Source: Stegostoma tigrinum (lineage: Eukaryota). From it: a stretch of DNA of 64,000 bases. Position numbers and translations under genes: made by a program. This document shows, in pieces, positions 12,271 to 26,229 of this stretch. Location: NCBI RefSeq assembly GCF_030684315.1, contig NC_081392.1, positions 7,981,113 to 8,045,112 of the forward strand, given 5' to 3'. The notes under the pieces are model-generated. The model saw only the letters and a program-made list of their open reading frames with translations. It was not told the origin of the DNA and did not search any database. How positions within the stretch are numbered: the stretch's first letter is position 1; every line of letters begins with the position of its first letter.

Positions 12271-12699
12271 GTCTATCAACATCTCTGACCAGGCTGATGA
12301 GAAAATAAAAATCAAATGAATTGTGCAATAAATGAGACATAAGAAAATCAGAACATATCCAAATGTATTTCCTTTAGGTCCTCCATGGAAATAAGGAACC
12401 GCATAATTTGCACCACAGAATGGCATTTATACAAAACAAATTCATCAGCAAGGGGAGTGAATTGAGCTTGTGTCATTCTAAAAAAAGGGTGAGAATTTAA
12501 CTGAAGTGCTGAAATCTGTAATATTTCAGTGTAAAAATTACTAATTGTCAGAATTTCCCTACATCCTAGATGTAGAAATAACCAGTTACCAAAAACAATA
12601 CAAAAGATGTCATGAATTCCTCTTTTGTTAACTCCCAAGTTCTGCCATATTTCTCCTTCGCTACTTGCTGGAAGCTGCTAAAGTAGAGGTATACAAGTC

Positions 12700-13130
12700 C
12701 AGCATTGATGAGACAAAATTTTGCTATTCCGTATATAACAATTTCAAACCAGACATCCCAAAGTGTTTTACAGTCAATAAAATACTTTGTCATCACTGTG
12801 TAATATAGGAATCATGGCACCCAGTTCATGAGCAACAAAAATTTACACAAACAGCAATATATATTTTCTTTAAATATTGAGTCAATGTACAATAGAAAAC
12901 TCTCCACACCTTCTATGAAGGTGTGTCATAGGATCTTTAACATCCACCCAAGAGGGTAGACAGGACCTCTGTTTAATGTTTCATTCAGAAGGGGGCTCAT
13001 CTGACAGTGCTCCTTCTGTACTAAATAGAAGTATTGGCCTAGGCTTTGAACTCAGATCTTGGTGATGGATTTGAAGCTAAGAACTTCTGATTCAGATAGA
13101 AGGGCTCATCACTGAGCCGCAGCTGACATT
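12700..13130 (-). mobile_element. Deu-domain (SacSINE1/AmnSINE1-like) SINE
   Basis: catcccaaagtgttttacagtcaataa...ggatctttaacatccacc...tctgacagtgc...cttctgattcaga...cactgagcc. Confidence 0.6.
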
Positions 13131-14121
13131 GTGTAGCCAGCAGGTTTTTAATAATTAAATTACTTTTATGTGACATTCCAAACCAATGGGGAGTAGATCT
13201 TGACTGTCCACAGGCAAATTAAGCTTCTTGCAGTCTCAAGAACATCTTGCTGGATTGTTTCTCCACCACCCCATTACAGGAAGCAAGTGTCCTGACAAAG
13301 GAAGCGGACAAATTGCAGAATAAACACACAAGCTCCCTTCTCTTCAAGGGATGGATAGTTATTCATTTCTGACTGCTTATTCTACCTACTCGATACAAGA
13401 ATCAATTTTGCCTCCAAAGTTTTTGTTTTAACAAAACATACCCGATTGCAGCCATTGGCTGCCGCTGAAAGATTCACAAACCAAAGAGTTGTTCGTGCTT
13501 CTCAAGCCTTATCTTCAGACCCATTCACACCTGCAAGCAAAGGGGAGAATTTGGGTTAGTTTGAGTCAGGTTGCAAGATATGTATAGAAACCAAGCCATT
13601 TGGCTCCATGTGAATCTATACCAACCTTTATGCTGCACATGAGCTTCTTCCCAATCCCTCTTTACCTCACCCTATCAACATATCATTCTACCCTTATCAA
13701 AGTTCCCTAAAACAAATTCATTTCTCTTACCTCATCTAGTCCTGGTGATAGCAGTTCTACATTCGCACCATTCTCTGGACAAAGACTTTAATTGAATTCT
13801 TTTTAGATCGATTAATGATTTTTATAGATTTTGTCCCTTGTCTTGGTCTGACAGAAGTGGAAACATCATATCTGCATCTACCTTATCAAAAGTCTTCATA
13901 ATTTTAGGTCAGCCTACAGACACTTTCTAAAAAGGAGAAAACTTTAATTCTTCCCAAACTCCTGTGAATTTGTCAATGTAATTATTTTATTAAATTGTAT
14001 CTAGCTTTGCCCCATAATTGGCAACAAAATCTTTCAGGGAACTCAGAGAGCTGAGGTTTCAAGAAAAAGTGGTTTAATTAAACCAAAAGGGAACATCAAA
14101 GCCAAGAGATTACAGACACTG

Positions 14122-14266
14122 ATAGAACAAGAAATTTTCCGAAGAAGGGTCTAGACCCCAAAATGTTAGCTTTCCTGCTCCTCTGATGCTGCTTGGCCTG
14201 CTGTGTTCATCCAGCTCTACACCTTGTCATATCAGATTCTCCAGTATTGGCAGTTCCTACTATCTC
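14122..14266 (+). mobile_element. Solo Penelope pLTR insertion with 15-bp TSD
   Basis: agattacagacactg (14107-14121) / agattacagatactg (14267-14281) flank gaagaagggtctagacccc...gctgcttggcctgctgtgttcatccagc. Confidence 0.7.
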
Positions 14267-14719
14267 AGATTACAGATACTGTAGCTTTAGGAATAAATTT
14301 TGCTCGGGAAAAATCCTTGCCCCAATTCAGAAGGTTAGCGTGAGACTTGAACCCCGCCCCACAATCAAACTTAACACAAGATCCCAGGCAGGACCGAGGA
14401 TATCTGCACTGTTGGAGGCATCCTTTGAGAGATGAAGAGGTTAAATGAGTCTCTTTGAATTTACTTGACTGACTTTTCAGATCTGAGGATAAATTTGCTA
14501 GATTTTAATCATCCCTAAATAGTTGCATCAGCCATGGTGTAGACTCAAGAATATCAATCTGGACCGATATTCATGTGTCATTCTGTGCAGAAATGAGAGG
14601 TGACATTCGTTGAATGACTTTAAAAGTGGGGCTCCTTCTGTTCTTTATTCTTGTACAGATCTCAAAAAAGGTACAGATTTCTCCAAACTCTCGTCATGTA
14701 TTTATCCCTATTCAACATC

Positions 14720-15360
14720 TTTTTCCATGGCTGAGAGTTAAGATCAAGGAGGAATGATCTCAGGATGTGAGGTAAGCCATAAAATGAGAAATTTCTTCAT
14801 TTAGACCACTGAACCAGTGGAATTCTTCACTACAGATGGCTGTGGAAGCAAAGTCACTGAAAATGTGGAAGAAGGATAGATTTGCAGAGAATAAGTATCA
14901 CAGCATGGCTTAGAAAGGGTGGACACTAGGAAGTTGTTTCCATTAGGTGGGGAGACTAGGATCCATGGTCACAGCCTTACAATTAGAGGGGGTAAATTTA
15001 AGACGGAAATGAGGAAACATTTCTTCAGCCAGAGGGTGGGGGGCTTGTGTAATTCATTGCCACGGAGCGCAGTGGAGGCTGGGGAATTAAATGCCTTCAA
15101 GGCAGAGATCGATAAATTCTTGATCTCACAAGGAATCAAGGGCTACGGGGAGAGTGCAGCGAAGTGGAGTTGAAATGTCCATCAGCCATTATTAAGTGGC
15201 GGAGTGGACTCAATGGGCCGAAAGGCCTTACTTCCACTCCTGTGTCTTATGGTCTGGAAAGAAAGCAAAATTATGGCATTGAGATTGAACATCAGCCACA
15301 ATCATGTTGCTTGGGGAATCAGACTCATGAGCTGAATGGCCTATTTCCATGTTTTTATAT
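14720..15360 (+). mobile_element. Nested CR1 3' ends; younger copy at ~14905-15255
   Basis: Translation DTRKLFPLGGETRIHGHSLTIRGGKFKTEMRKHFFSQRV..NSLP is the CR1 ORF2 C-terminus. Confidence 0.8.
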
Positions 15361-15537
15361 CGGAAAATAAACCAGATTCTCTGATCATTATCAGCATACT
15401 GTTTGGGGAGCTTGCTGTGTCTCCCACAATATGATTGTGACCAGACTTCAAAAGCACTTCATTGACCGTAAAACACTTTGGAAAGTTCAGCAATTATGCA
15501 AACCTCAATAGAATTGAGGAACTACTTTTCCTGTGGT

Positions 15538-15699
15538 AACAAAGTGTGGAGCTGGATGAACACAGGCCAAGCAGCATCTTCGGAGCACAAAAGCTGAATT
15601 TAGGTCCGAAACGTTGCTGCTTGGCCTGCTGTGTTCATCCAGCTCCACACTTTGTTATCTCGGATTCTCCGGCATCTGCAGTTCCCATTATCTCTGATC
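15538..15699. mobile_element. Penelope pLTR hairpin insertion with perfect 17-bp TSD
   Basis: actacttttcctgtggt at 15521-15537 and 15700-15716; inverted arms taacaaagtgtggagctggatgaacaca / tgtgttcatccagctccacactttgtta. Confidence 0.85.
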
Positions 15700-15807
15700 A
15701 CTACTTTTCCTGTGGTTCCACGTTTCGATTAGGGACACCAGGATTGAGCTTTAATAAATTGTGAGAGACAACGTTAATGAAATAGCTCCTGGAAAAGACA
15801 GAATTAC

Positions 15808-16130
15808 CTAGAATCATGGAATCCCTACAATATAGAAACAGGCCATTCAGCCCAACAAGTTTACACCGACTCTCAAAGAACATCCCACCCACACCTGTTT
15901 GCCTGTTGTGTGACAGTGCATTTCCCTTGGCTAACCCACCTAATTTACATACCCCAGGTCACTATGGGCAATTTAGCATGGCCAATCCACCCTAATCTGC
16001 TCATCTTTGGACAACGGAAGGAAACTTAGCACCAGGAGAACATGCAAGCTCCGCACAGACAGTAGCCCGAAGCCGGAATTGAAACTGGGTCCCTGCAGTA
16101 GTGAGGCAGCAGTGCTAACCAATGAGCCAG
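15808..16130 (-). mobile_element. HE1-type SINE
   Basis: ggaatccctacaatatagaaacaggcc...gtgaggcagcagtgctaacc. Confidence 0.85.
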
Positions 16131-16371
16131 TTCGTACTTAACTCATGGCTGCCCTCCATACCTTGTATTCCCCAGCATTCCTGTGACTGGGAGACTAGTG
16201 TGCCTCTACTTTCCCTGCCCACCCCAGCACATTATAACAGCAGCTTGGAGTGACTGTCTCAACCTCATATCACTATAGGTGCCATTACACCTGAAGGACT
16301 ACAACAGTTCGTGTAGGTTCAAAAACAAGTTGCTAGAAATGCTCAGCAGATCATTGTGAGGACAAATCAGT

Positions 16372-16402
16372 TAACGTTTCAAGTCTGGTGACCCTTCCTC
16401 AG
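16372..16402 (-). ncRNA. Minimal hammerhead ribozyme motif in a Penelope pLTR
   Basis: Minus strand CTGAGGA-A-GGGTC-ACCA-GACTT-GAAA-CGTTA; core intact, stem II with two G-U pairs. Confidence 0.55.
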
Positions 16403-16969
16403 TTCTTTCGGTTTTTATTGAGTTCACGTAGGTAACTCGCCACCACCTTCCCCAGGGGCAATTAGAGGGGTAATAACTGCTGGCCCAGCCACATCCTATG
16501 GGGTATGAAGTTAAAAGGTTACAAATTGTGGCTATTTAGAGTGATTGCATTGCCATCACCATGGATAGATCAGGTTGGATGATCATCAGGTTTTCTCCGA
16601 TGATCAGTCTCTCACAGTGAGCATAGAGTCAAACTACATGGAAACAGACCCTTCGATCCAACTCATCCATGCCAATCAGGTTTCCCCAAACTAAACTCGT
16701 CCCATTTGCTTGTGTTTTTGTTCACAGCCTTCTACACTGCAACACTAATTAAAGATCGGGTGTGTTCTTTTTACCTTGATTAAGTGTTCTGTGTACAACA
16801 AAGTAGTGCAGTATCATTTGCCCTGCAAACACCTCCCTGTAACAGTGCAGAATGAGCAATATATTACACTTCTATCACTTACAGCACATCCTTAAGTGTA
16901 TAATTCAAGCTACTTGTCTTTTACAGCGTTGACTCAACGAGGTACCTACAGGAGAAATTAAAACGACTC

Positions 16970-17340
16970 TCATGGAGCTGATTCTCCGTGAGTAGCACTT
17001 TTGCTTCAGAAAGTTGCGGGTTTAAGCCCCATCCCAGACTTCAACAACAACAGCCTCGCTGCGGTACTGAGTGAGTGCTGTTCTGTCAGAGACGTTGAAT
17101 TAAGGTCAGACATTCCTTCTGATGGACATTAAAAAATCCTATTTCAAAACGAAGGAAAGGGGTCTACCCGCGATATTCTGGGCCAACATTTATCCCTCAA
17201 ATCAATATCACAAAATATCCTGTCATTTACCTCGATGGTGTTCTAGGGGCCTGCAGTCTACATATTGGCTGTCCGCAGACCCTATAATTTAAACAAACAT
17301 ACATCACTGAAGTGCTGAGAGATAAACTGAGGGTGTCTCC
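16970..17340 (+). mobile_element. Deu-domain SINE
   Basis: tagcacttttgcttcagaaagttgcgggtttaagccc head; tgggccaacatttatccctcaa Deu-domain core. Confidence 0.6.
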
Positions 17341-17379
17341 TGTATAAAGATTTTTAGTTCCTGCGGAACACCTACGGGG

Positions 17380-19100
17380 AGGTGGGGGGGCGGGGTGAAG
17401 GACAGTGAAGTAGATACATAAATCCGCTTTATGTCACATCAATTCCTCGAGCCACAAATCACTTGATTCCCCGTCCCAGGGTTCAGATTCCGGTTTCAGT
17501 CACAGACCTAGGGGGCGCGTCTCGTCCATTGCGACATCTCTCGCCGTAGAAGGTACGTGTAAACTAGCGAGAACAATATAAATTAGAGTTAAAGGGAAAT
17601 CTGAAATAGAAGGGTTGCAACCGTTCCAGGAAACAGGGAGAAAGACAGACAGACCGACCGACAAACAAAAAAACGGGAGGTTTCCAGAAACAAGAGAAAT
17701 GGACCAAAATAAAAAGGACGAATACGATTTGTCTAAAATACTCAAAAGATGCTCTCCTGACAGAGCCTGCACAGTACAAGTTGAGAGACCCTCCACCTCC
17801 TGCCCAAATAGAAACCAGTTTCGCCTATAGCCACTCAGAACGGGATCTACAGACACGTCCAGGCTCCAACACCGAAATCTCAGTTTCAAATCCTCCCAAA
17901 TCGCAGTGATATGTCGAACTGACTGATCGCGGAGAATGTTAGACTAGGCTTTCAAAGCAAATTGCAGATAAAACCTGGAGCAGGTTTAAAACAAAATCTC
18001 CCGCTCTCTGGAACAACTTGGAATGTGGAAACCCCGAATCGTCAGTGACGGAGACACAGATAGATATACAGCGAGAGAAGGAAAATCTCCACCGTCTTGG
18101 TCATAATCCCAAATACAGAGAGGACATCAACCTGGAATTTCTTGACTGAAAAATTGCACCTTCCCACTGCTCCCGAGGTTTTAAGCTAACCACTATAAAG
18201 AGGAGACACAGGCCATTGGGTCCAACTTATCCATACTAACGTTTTAGCGCCCTCCAATCCCGTCAGGATTCCTTCATTCAATCCAATGTTCCTTTCAACT
18301 TCACTCATTCACGTAACTTCTCCTCAAAACGTGTCAAGAATATAAAAGACTTTACATACCTGCCAGGGCTACCCCGAACTGCTGGATCAGTGCCGACTGG
18401 TTCCTGTCACACAGCAGCTGAGAGCCCCGCCTTCCCATCACATGATATAGAGTAAAGCCACCCCCTCCCACACACACACGAAGCGAAACTGAAAGCGAGC
18501 CGGCTCGATCGATCCCTCCCTCTCCCCGGCAGCGGCTTATTCACTGCCGTTGAGTCTCACACACAGTGTCCCAGAGACGGCGCCCTCCTCCTCATTAGCG
18601 GCGCAGGAGATAGTTAAAACCAAATTATTCCCGATTTCATAAACTGGCAGTTTATTTACAATCAGAGCCCGTTCATTCCAAACAATTAACCTGGAGGTGT
18701 CAAAAGATTCACAGTTTGTGAATTCGTAAAATCCAGCGTTTTTTGGCATCAGATTATTTTAAAAAACTAATTAGTTTTCTGGGTCCTTTCCCACGGCGTG
18801 ACTTCAGAAGCAGAGCTCTCCAGGCATTCTCTACACAGAGGAGTAAAAGCCGCCCTGCCTGCCAGAAATAGGAGCAGATTTCAGAACAGCTCAGAATCAG
18901 AGGACCGCTGGACGGAGGGCGGAACTCAAGGAGTTAATGGATCGACGTAAATTTCGAACTGGCTGAGATTACGGACCCGTGGGGGCTGAGCGAGCAGCCT
19001 ACACGCGAGTCACGGCTGACTCATCCCCTATCACGATGATAGAGCAGGATAATGAACAAATAATCAACCCAGGTGCGAGTGCTCATGGCTGAGACATAGA
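17380..19100 (-). promoter_or_regulatory. CpG-rich region; candidate proximal promoter and non-coding first exon of SERTAD gene A (donor at 18360)
   Basis: Many CpGs, GC box GGCGGGGC near 18430, TCACATGA E-box at 18438-18445, TGACTCA at 19017-19023; donor CAG|GTATGT at 18360/18359 on minus strand. Confidence 0.5.
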
Positions 19101-19964
19101 GATGCTTGTGGGTGACAGTATCAAAGGGCAAGGATTACAGATGGATGAATGGGATGTAAAAACAGCCACGATCCTAATGTTAGAATAGGCTCTTAGGGAC
19201 GAATGGCCCCATCTTATTCCTCTATTGCAAAACCACCTGGCCAGCCAACTCTGCTAACTGACCCCCAATGCCATATTATGTAATAAGATATTGGCGAGAA
19301 TACAAAATACATATTTATGGGGATAACATTGAAACTCAGAGGCTCAAACTATGATGAAAGCCTGAAGGATTCCTTATGAATCTTTAAAATTATAAAGAGT
19401 TTTACAGGGGAAAAGTGGAGAATTTTGTTTTACAACTTGGAGATCAAAATTAGGGTTTAAATATAAAGTAGACATTAGTATATCCAATGGGGCTTTCAGG
19501 AGAAACTTCTTTACTGACATGCCATTGACAATGATCACTCAATACCATTGAGGTCGTTGAGACACACAGCACAAATGTACTTAAGAGTAGGCTGAACATA
19601 CAAAGGTAAAGTGGAAGAGAAGGAGATGCTGACAGGCTTTCATGGGGAAAGGTGAGAGAAACAGAAATAAAAGCACAGATCTATTGGGACCAAAGGGTTA
19701 TTTCTGTACTACAGACTAGATGTATCTTGTCTCCTCAAAGAAAAAAGCCCCAACTTGAAGCTTTGCCAATAGATGTCTTCTTTATCATCAATCAGCTTTT
19801 CCCATTTTACTTTGGGTCACCACAATGCTGATCAATTATCCTTCTCTATTTGCTCCTGTCAGGCACCCATTTTGATTCCAAACCCATTGTATTTTCATTT
19901 CTTCACCATATCTTTCCACTTGGTCAGTTTTTCCTAAGAGTTTCATCCTAAATCACTCAGAATT

Positions 19965-20250
19965 ATAGAATCCCTGCAGTGTGGAAACAGACCATTCAAC
20001 CCACTAGTCCACACCGCCCCTGTGAAGAGTATCTCACCCAGAATCAATCATTCTCCTGATTTCCCATGTCTAACCCACCTGATATAAACATCCCTGGGCA
20101 ATTTAGCATGCTCATCTTTGGTCTGCATGGGTTTCCTCCCTCAGTCACGGGGAGAAGGTGCAAACTCCACAGTCACCTGAGGGTAGACTCAAACCCAGGT
20201 CCCTGGCACTGTGAGACAGCAGTGCTAACCACTGAGCTACCGTGCCACCC
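19965..20250 (-). mobile_element. HE1-type SINE
   Basis: atagaatccctgcagtgtggaaacag...gcagtgctaaccactgagctaccgtgccaccc. Confidence 0.85.
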
Positions 20251-20804
20251 ACTCAGGTCATCACACTTCCCTTCTCTCATTGCCTGTCTAACCCACAACC
20301 ATGACATCTTCTAATCTCTTCTCAGCCACTTCTTCAACACAATCTTCACTCCCAAATTCTGGTTTTGATTTTTTTGCTTATTGCTCCACATATCAGCATC
20401 CCAATAGCATTAATATCCAGTCATAGCTCCACTTCTTCATCTCACCCAAGTTTATGCATTCTGTAACATGGCTGGTCTCATAGTTGCCTTGTACATTCTT
20501 CCCTTCAGTCCAGCAACACTTAACTATCCCATAAAATTCTACTGCACTTCTTCCAATTTCTTATACATCATACAGCATGGAAACTGACTGTTCGGCCCAA
20601 CACGTCCACGCCAACTAGGATTCCTAAACTGAACTGGTCGCATATACTTGCATTTGGCCCATAACCTCTTAACCTTTCCTATCTATGTACCTGTCGAAAT
20701 GGCTTTTAAATGTTGTAATTGTATCCACCTCTACCACTTGTCTGGCAGCTCATTCCAACCAAAGCTAATTTGTAGCTTACTTTCCCAAATAGCTGTAATT
20801 TCTC

Positions 20805-21730
20805 AATTCATTTTTATAAATGACTTTGATGAGGAATTGGAAGGGTGGGTTAGTAAGTTTGCCGATGACACAAAGGTTGGTGAAGTTGTGGACAGCGTGG
20901 AAGTTGCAAGGGGACATTGACAGGATGCAGAGCTGGGCAAAGAGGCAGATGGAATTCGACCCAGGAAAAGTGTGAAGTAATTCATTTTGGAAATTCAAAT
21001 TTAAAAGCAGAATATAGGGTTCATGGTAGGATTCTTGGCAGTGTAGATGAACAGAGGGATCTCGGGGTCCATGTCCATAGATCCCTCAAAGTTGCTACCC
21101 AAGTTGATAGGGTTGTAAAGAAGGCGTATGGTGCATTGGTTTTCTTTGGCAGGGAGATTGAGTTTAAGAGCCACGAGGTTATGCTGCAGCTCTATAAAAC
21201 TCTAGTTATAGACACTTGGAATATTGTGTTCAGTTCTGGTCACCTCATGATAGGCAGTATGTGGAAGCTTTAGAGAGGATATTTATCCGGATCCTGCCTG
21301 GACTGGAGGGCAGATCTTATGAGGAAAGATTGCGGGAGCTAGGGCTTTTTCCCATTGGAGTGAAGAAGGACAAGAGGTGAATTGATAGAGGTGTACAAGA
21401 TGACGAGAGGCATAGATAGTGGATAGTCAGAGACTTTTTCCCAGGGTGGAAATGACCATTATGAGGGGGCATAATTTTAAAGTGGTTGGAGGAAGGTATT
21501 GGAGAGATGTCAGAGGTCGGCTGTTTACACAGAGTGGTGGGTGTGTGGAATGTGCTACCGGCAGTGGTAGTGGAGGCAGATACTTTGGAGACTTTTAAGC
21601 AACTCTTAGATAGGCACATGGAGGGTAGTAAAATGTAGTCTTATGCAGGGTACTTTGATCTTAGCAAGATAATAGATCAGCACAACATCATGGGCCTAAG
21701 GGCCTGTACTGTGCTGTATTGTATGTTCAT
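20805..21730 (+). mobile_element. CR1/HER1 LINE RT C-terminus and 3' end, frameshifted
   Basis: FINDFDEELEGWVSKFADDTKVG; KCEVIHFG...EQRDLGVHVHRSLKVATQVDRVVKKAYG. Confidence 0.9.
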
Positions 21731-22946
21731 GTGTCATCTTTGTAAAAATTTTCATGCTCTTTCTTCCAATGCTTCCATATCCTTTCTTTAGTATGGAGAT
21801 AGGATTGTGCTTAGCACTAAGTGCACCGTGACTGGGATATTAGAGCATAACTTTATTACTTCTGATTTATATATCTGCAGGAATATCACATTGTTCTAAT
21901 GATCTGCAATGCTACTTTTAGTTCTCCAACATTCCTAGATCTCTTTGCTTTTCTGTCAGTTTCAATTTCTATTCTGTTTCTTATTTTCTAAGCCATGTGA
22001 TTTCCTGTATTTCCAACCAAAGTGCATCTTTACAGTAATCTATGTTAATGTTAACTTGCTAACTGCAAACTTTCTAATGTTTTCTATTTTGTTGCTTCTT
22101 TCTCAGTGCTAGCTGTACATCCACCTCCTCTAAATTTGATATCAGCTGCAAAATATAGTATTGAGTTACTCATTCCAAAGTCCAAGTTTTTGCTTTCTTG
22201 TTTGGGCAGTATGCCATGCATTGAGTTAATTAATCTATGTGAAGTTGGACAAATCTTTATCACAAACTATTGTGTGGTACTTAATTATAAGAACAGGAGC
22301 TGCAGATTACAGAAGGGAGAGGGATGCAAGGTGTTAATAGGATAACTGACATTTCTACCTGGAGGAGTTTGAAGGGATCAGTGGGAGATGTAAGGGGCGG
22401 AGAGGAGCCTACACATGAGTCAGGACTGATTCACTCCACTCTGACAAGGAAAATTACATTGTTGAACACAGAGCCCCCATCGGCCTAACTCTGGAATTCC
22501 CTTCCTCAACCTCTCTCTCCTTTAAAGATTTTCCTTAAAACTCTCTGAGCACCTTTTTGATTACCTCCCCTAATATTTCTGGTGTGTCTCAGTGCGTTAG
22601 TTTATACTTGGCTACATGGGGATATTTTTATCAGCACTCTGTAACTGCAGGTGGTTGTTAAGGGAATAATATACAAGGAAGGATTGACTGGTCTATTCTT
22701 TCTTCATAAAAGATAGAGAAAATGAGGCAGATACAGAGTGCATATCTATAACAAAGTTCCTGACCACTGGATGTCTCAAAACATTTTACAGTCAATGAAC
22801 TATAACAAGGACTGCAATTCAAAAAGTAATAAAGGAAACATAATAGGACATTTGCTCACAACAAGCTTCAATAATCAGGAACAAAAACGGAAGTTGCTGG
22901 AAAAGCTCAGCAGGTCTGGTAGCATCAGTGAAGACAAAATCAGAGT

Positions 22947-22977
22947 TAACATTTCAAGTCCAGTGACCCTTCTTCAG
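22947..22977 (-). ncRNA. Hammerhead-like motif in Penelope pLTR nested in a Deu-SINE
   Basis: CTGAAGA-A-GGGTC-ACTG-GACTT-GAAA-TGTTA; C>T at the CpG of stem III. Confidence 0.4.
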
Positions 22978-23514
22978 AAGCATCTGCAGTTCTTTTGGTT
23001 CTTATAACTGGGAAAGATGTAATGTCTAGTTTATCTGTTTTTATGATGTTGATTGAGAAATATATAGTAACTAGAACACCAGGGATTATGTTCTGATTTC
23101 CTTGAAAATAATATCACAGGTTTTTTTTTTTGAAAAGGTTTCCCCAAAAGGGAAAAACGGAGGCAGTTTGTTCACTCATCTGAAAGATGGAAAAAAAAAA
23201 ATCAGCAGTGCAGCATTTCCTCAAGTTTTTCTGGGCACTCAACCTCCTAGTTTAGAAGTAGGTACACCATCACACCATCACAACAGCTGCACTCCCACAT
23301 AATATAACTATTCATAGATGGTTATTACCTGGTACTTATGTGGCACAAATGTTACTTAATATTTACCAGTCCAAGCCTGAATGATGCCAAGGTCTTGCTG
23401 CTTATGAAATGGACAGCATCAGTACCTGAAATGCCATGAATGGTGCTATATGTAGTGCAATCATCACAAACATTCCCGCTTCTGATCTTATGTTGAAAGG
23501 AAAGTCATTGATTC

Positions 23515-24078
23515 ATTGAATCCCTACAGTGAGGAAGCAGGACATTTGGCCCATTGAGTCTGCACAGACCCTCAGAAGTGCATCGCCCCCAGATCCCCCC
23601 ACCCCCGCCCATCCCAAACTCTGTAACGCTGCATTTCTTATGGCTAATCCACCTACACTGCACATTCCTGGACACTGCTGCCAATATTAGCATGGCTGAT
23701 CACCTAAACTGCACATCTTTGGACTAAGTCAGAAGGCTCACGCCACCAGGTTATAGTCAGATGTGATTTTTAAAAAAAAAAAATAAACCTAGGTTTTTGA
23801 AGTGCTGTATCTTCGTCAGGTGAAGTGACAAAGGAGCAATACTCCAAAAGCTTGTGTTCTTAAATAAACCTATTGGACTATAACCTGGTGGTGTGAGACT
23901 TCTGACTTTGCCCAACCCAGTCCAACAATGACATCTCCACATCATGGCTTTGGACTATGAGAAGAAATGAGAGCATCCTGAGGAAACCCATGCAGACACT
24001 GGGAATACATGCAACCCCACACATACAGTTACCCAAGGCTGGAATCAAACCCAGTGCTAACCATCAAGCACCATGCCA
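23515..24078 (-). mobile_element. HE1-type SINE interrupted by a 221-bp Penelope-derived hairpin (23727-23947)
   Basis: TSD ctttggacta at 23717-23726 and 23948-23957; 32-bp inverted repeat 23727-23758 / 23876-23907 with 2 mismatches. Confidence 0.85.
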
Positions 24079-24089
24079 ACAATTTTCCA

Positions 24090-25130
24090 CATTTTTGAAC
24101 AACTGAAGATGATTAGATCCAGAACACTGTCCTTAGAAATGCCTGCAACGTTGTCCTGGGTTAAGATGACTGATCTCAAACACCATGTCCAGTTTCTTTT
24201 GTGCATTTTATGACTCTAACCAGTGGTGGGATTCCTTTGTAATTTCTCTTGACTACAGCTTTGTTATGATGCCTTCAGGCTACATTTGGTCAAATACTGG
24301 CTCGGTATCAAGAGCACTCACCCTCACCTCATCTGTTCTTTTTGGACCAAGCAAGACTTCATTAGGTCAGGAGTTTAGTCACCCTGGCAGAAACTAAACT
24401 GGGCAGTGAACAGGTTAACATTGTGTAGGTGCCACTTGATAGCACTGTCAAGACCCCTTTCAACACTTTGCTGATGTTGATGAGGGTAAACTGATTGGGC
24501 AGTAATTGGGTTGGTTGGATTTGTCTTGCTTTTTACGGTCAGGACATACCTAGATAATTTTCCACATAATACTGATATTTCCCCAAATTGAATATTGGAA
24601 TAGCTTGGATAGGAATGCAGCTAGTTCTGAAGCTTAAGACCCACAGCCTTTACCATAGCCAGTGTCCCACTCAGTAGCCCATGGTAGTGTGGAGGGGAAT
24701 TTTGTCATGGACCAATGTATCTGTGACAGGTAGATTGGTGAAGATGAGGTAAAGTAGGCTTTTCCCTTTTGTTGGTTCCATTGCCATCTGCTGCAGACCC
24801 CGTCTAGTAGCTACGTCCTTTAGGACTGCATCAGCTCAGTCTGTGGTACAACTGAGCTACTGGTGGAGATGATGATCGAAGCTTCTTGAAATTGGTGCTC
24901 AGCAGAAAGGAATACTGATTCATCAGATGAGATTGAGGAAGGGAGCAATAATGGGTTAAGCGCAGGATGTTTCCTTGCCTAAGTTTGCCATAAGGACTTC
25001 ATGGGATGTGGATCAATATTGAGAACTCCCAGGACAACTCCTTTCTAACTGTATACCACAGTGCTACCAACACTGGGAATAGTGATGGCGGTGTCTGGAT
25101 ATTGTCAGATATGGTTTGATGAATGATGGT
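24090..25130 (-). mobile_element. Degraded CR1/L2-clade LINE ORF2 fragment
   Basis: Repeat-like phrases (tgatgccttcaggctac, ttggatttgtcttgcttttt, ggacttcatggg) typical of shark LINE endonuclease/RT; no clean ORF. Confidence 0.4.
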
Positions 25131-25449
25131 TTGAATCACAGATTAGGGTAGCTGAGTGAGAATCATAGAAACCTACACAGCAGAAAGACGCCATTCAGCC
25201 CATTGAATCTGCGCCTACCGTTCAAAGAGTATTCCACTCTGTCTCAAGCCCCTACCCAATCCCCGTAAACCAGAATTTACCATGGCTAATCCATCTAACC
25301 TAGATGGCCCTGCTCACCACACACAATTTAGTATGACCAATCCACCTAATCTACACATTTTTTGGATCACTAGTAAACTAGTGAAAGTTTTATTGTCTGT
25401 GCTAGGATTACTTTTAATTATATATTTTGTTAAGGAGCAGGTGGGAGGA

Positions 25450-25795
25450 AGAGCTGATGGTCTGGTGGTATTATCACTGGGCTGTTAATCCACAGACCCA
25501 GATAGTATTCAAATCCCACAAAACAGCAGATGGTGGAATTGGAATTCCATCATTAAAAACTCTGGGAATTATTGAGTCTAGCGATGACCATGAATTCATT
25601 GTCAATTGTCAGGACAAGTCCATCTGGTTCACTAATGCTCTTTAGGGAAGGAAACTGCCCTCCTTTCCTAGTCTGGCCTACATGTGACTCTGACCCACAG
25701 CATTGTGGTTGACTCTCAACTGGTCTAGGGAGTTAGGGATGAGCAATGAATACTGCCTGGCCAGTGGTGCCCTGGTCCCGTGAATGAATACAGGG
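25450..25795 (+). mobile_element. tRNA-derived SINE with L2-type tail (further copies ~11760-11975, 27990-28130, 29510-29790, 44010-44260)
   Basis: ggtattatcactgggctgttaatcca...ttcaaatcccac...ccatctggttcactaatg..ctttagggaaggaaactgcc...gtggttgactct; reverse-complement copy at 29510-29790. Confidence 0.7.
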
Positions 25796-26229
25796 GAAAA
25801 AGATTGACTTTAAATTTCACTAGTTGCTGTGGTGGGATTTGAAACCGTAATTCCAGAGATTAGTTTGGCCTCTGGATTTCTAGTCCAGGCCATGATCACT
25901 ATGCCACATCTTTCCTAATCTTGAGCTTTGTTTATTGAATCCCCTTGTATTTAATTAACCATTTATTTATATTTTCATCTACCTAGTTTTGATTAGATTG
26001 ATTGGGGAAAGAGTTGAGACCGTGAAGAGAGAGAGTGAGTCTGGGGGTGAGGGTAACCAACACAGAGGGGCAACGGTAGAAAGGAGGTGGGGGAACATTA
26101 ACAGAAATGGGACGCCGAGGGCAAAAAAGAGAGAATGGAATGGGAAAGAAAGGGATAGAGAAGGGGACGTGGTGATTAAGATTGCTGATTAAAGTAAAAT
26201 TGAAGTCTAGCAATTTAGGCCAATACGTG

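Noticed and set aside
15538-15699. Hairpins as miRNA precursors or DNA-transposon MITEs
   Set aside because: Arms are Penelope pLTR sequence (same as 60690-60752) and TSD lengths vary.
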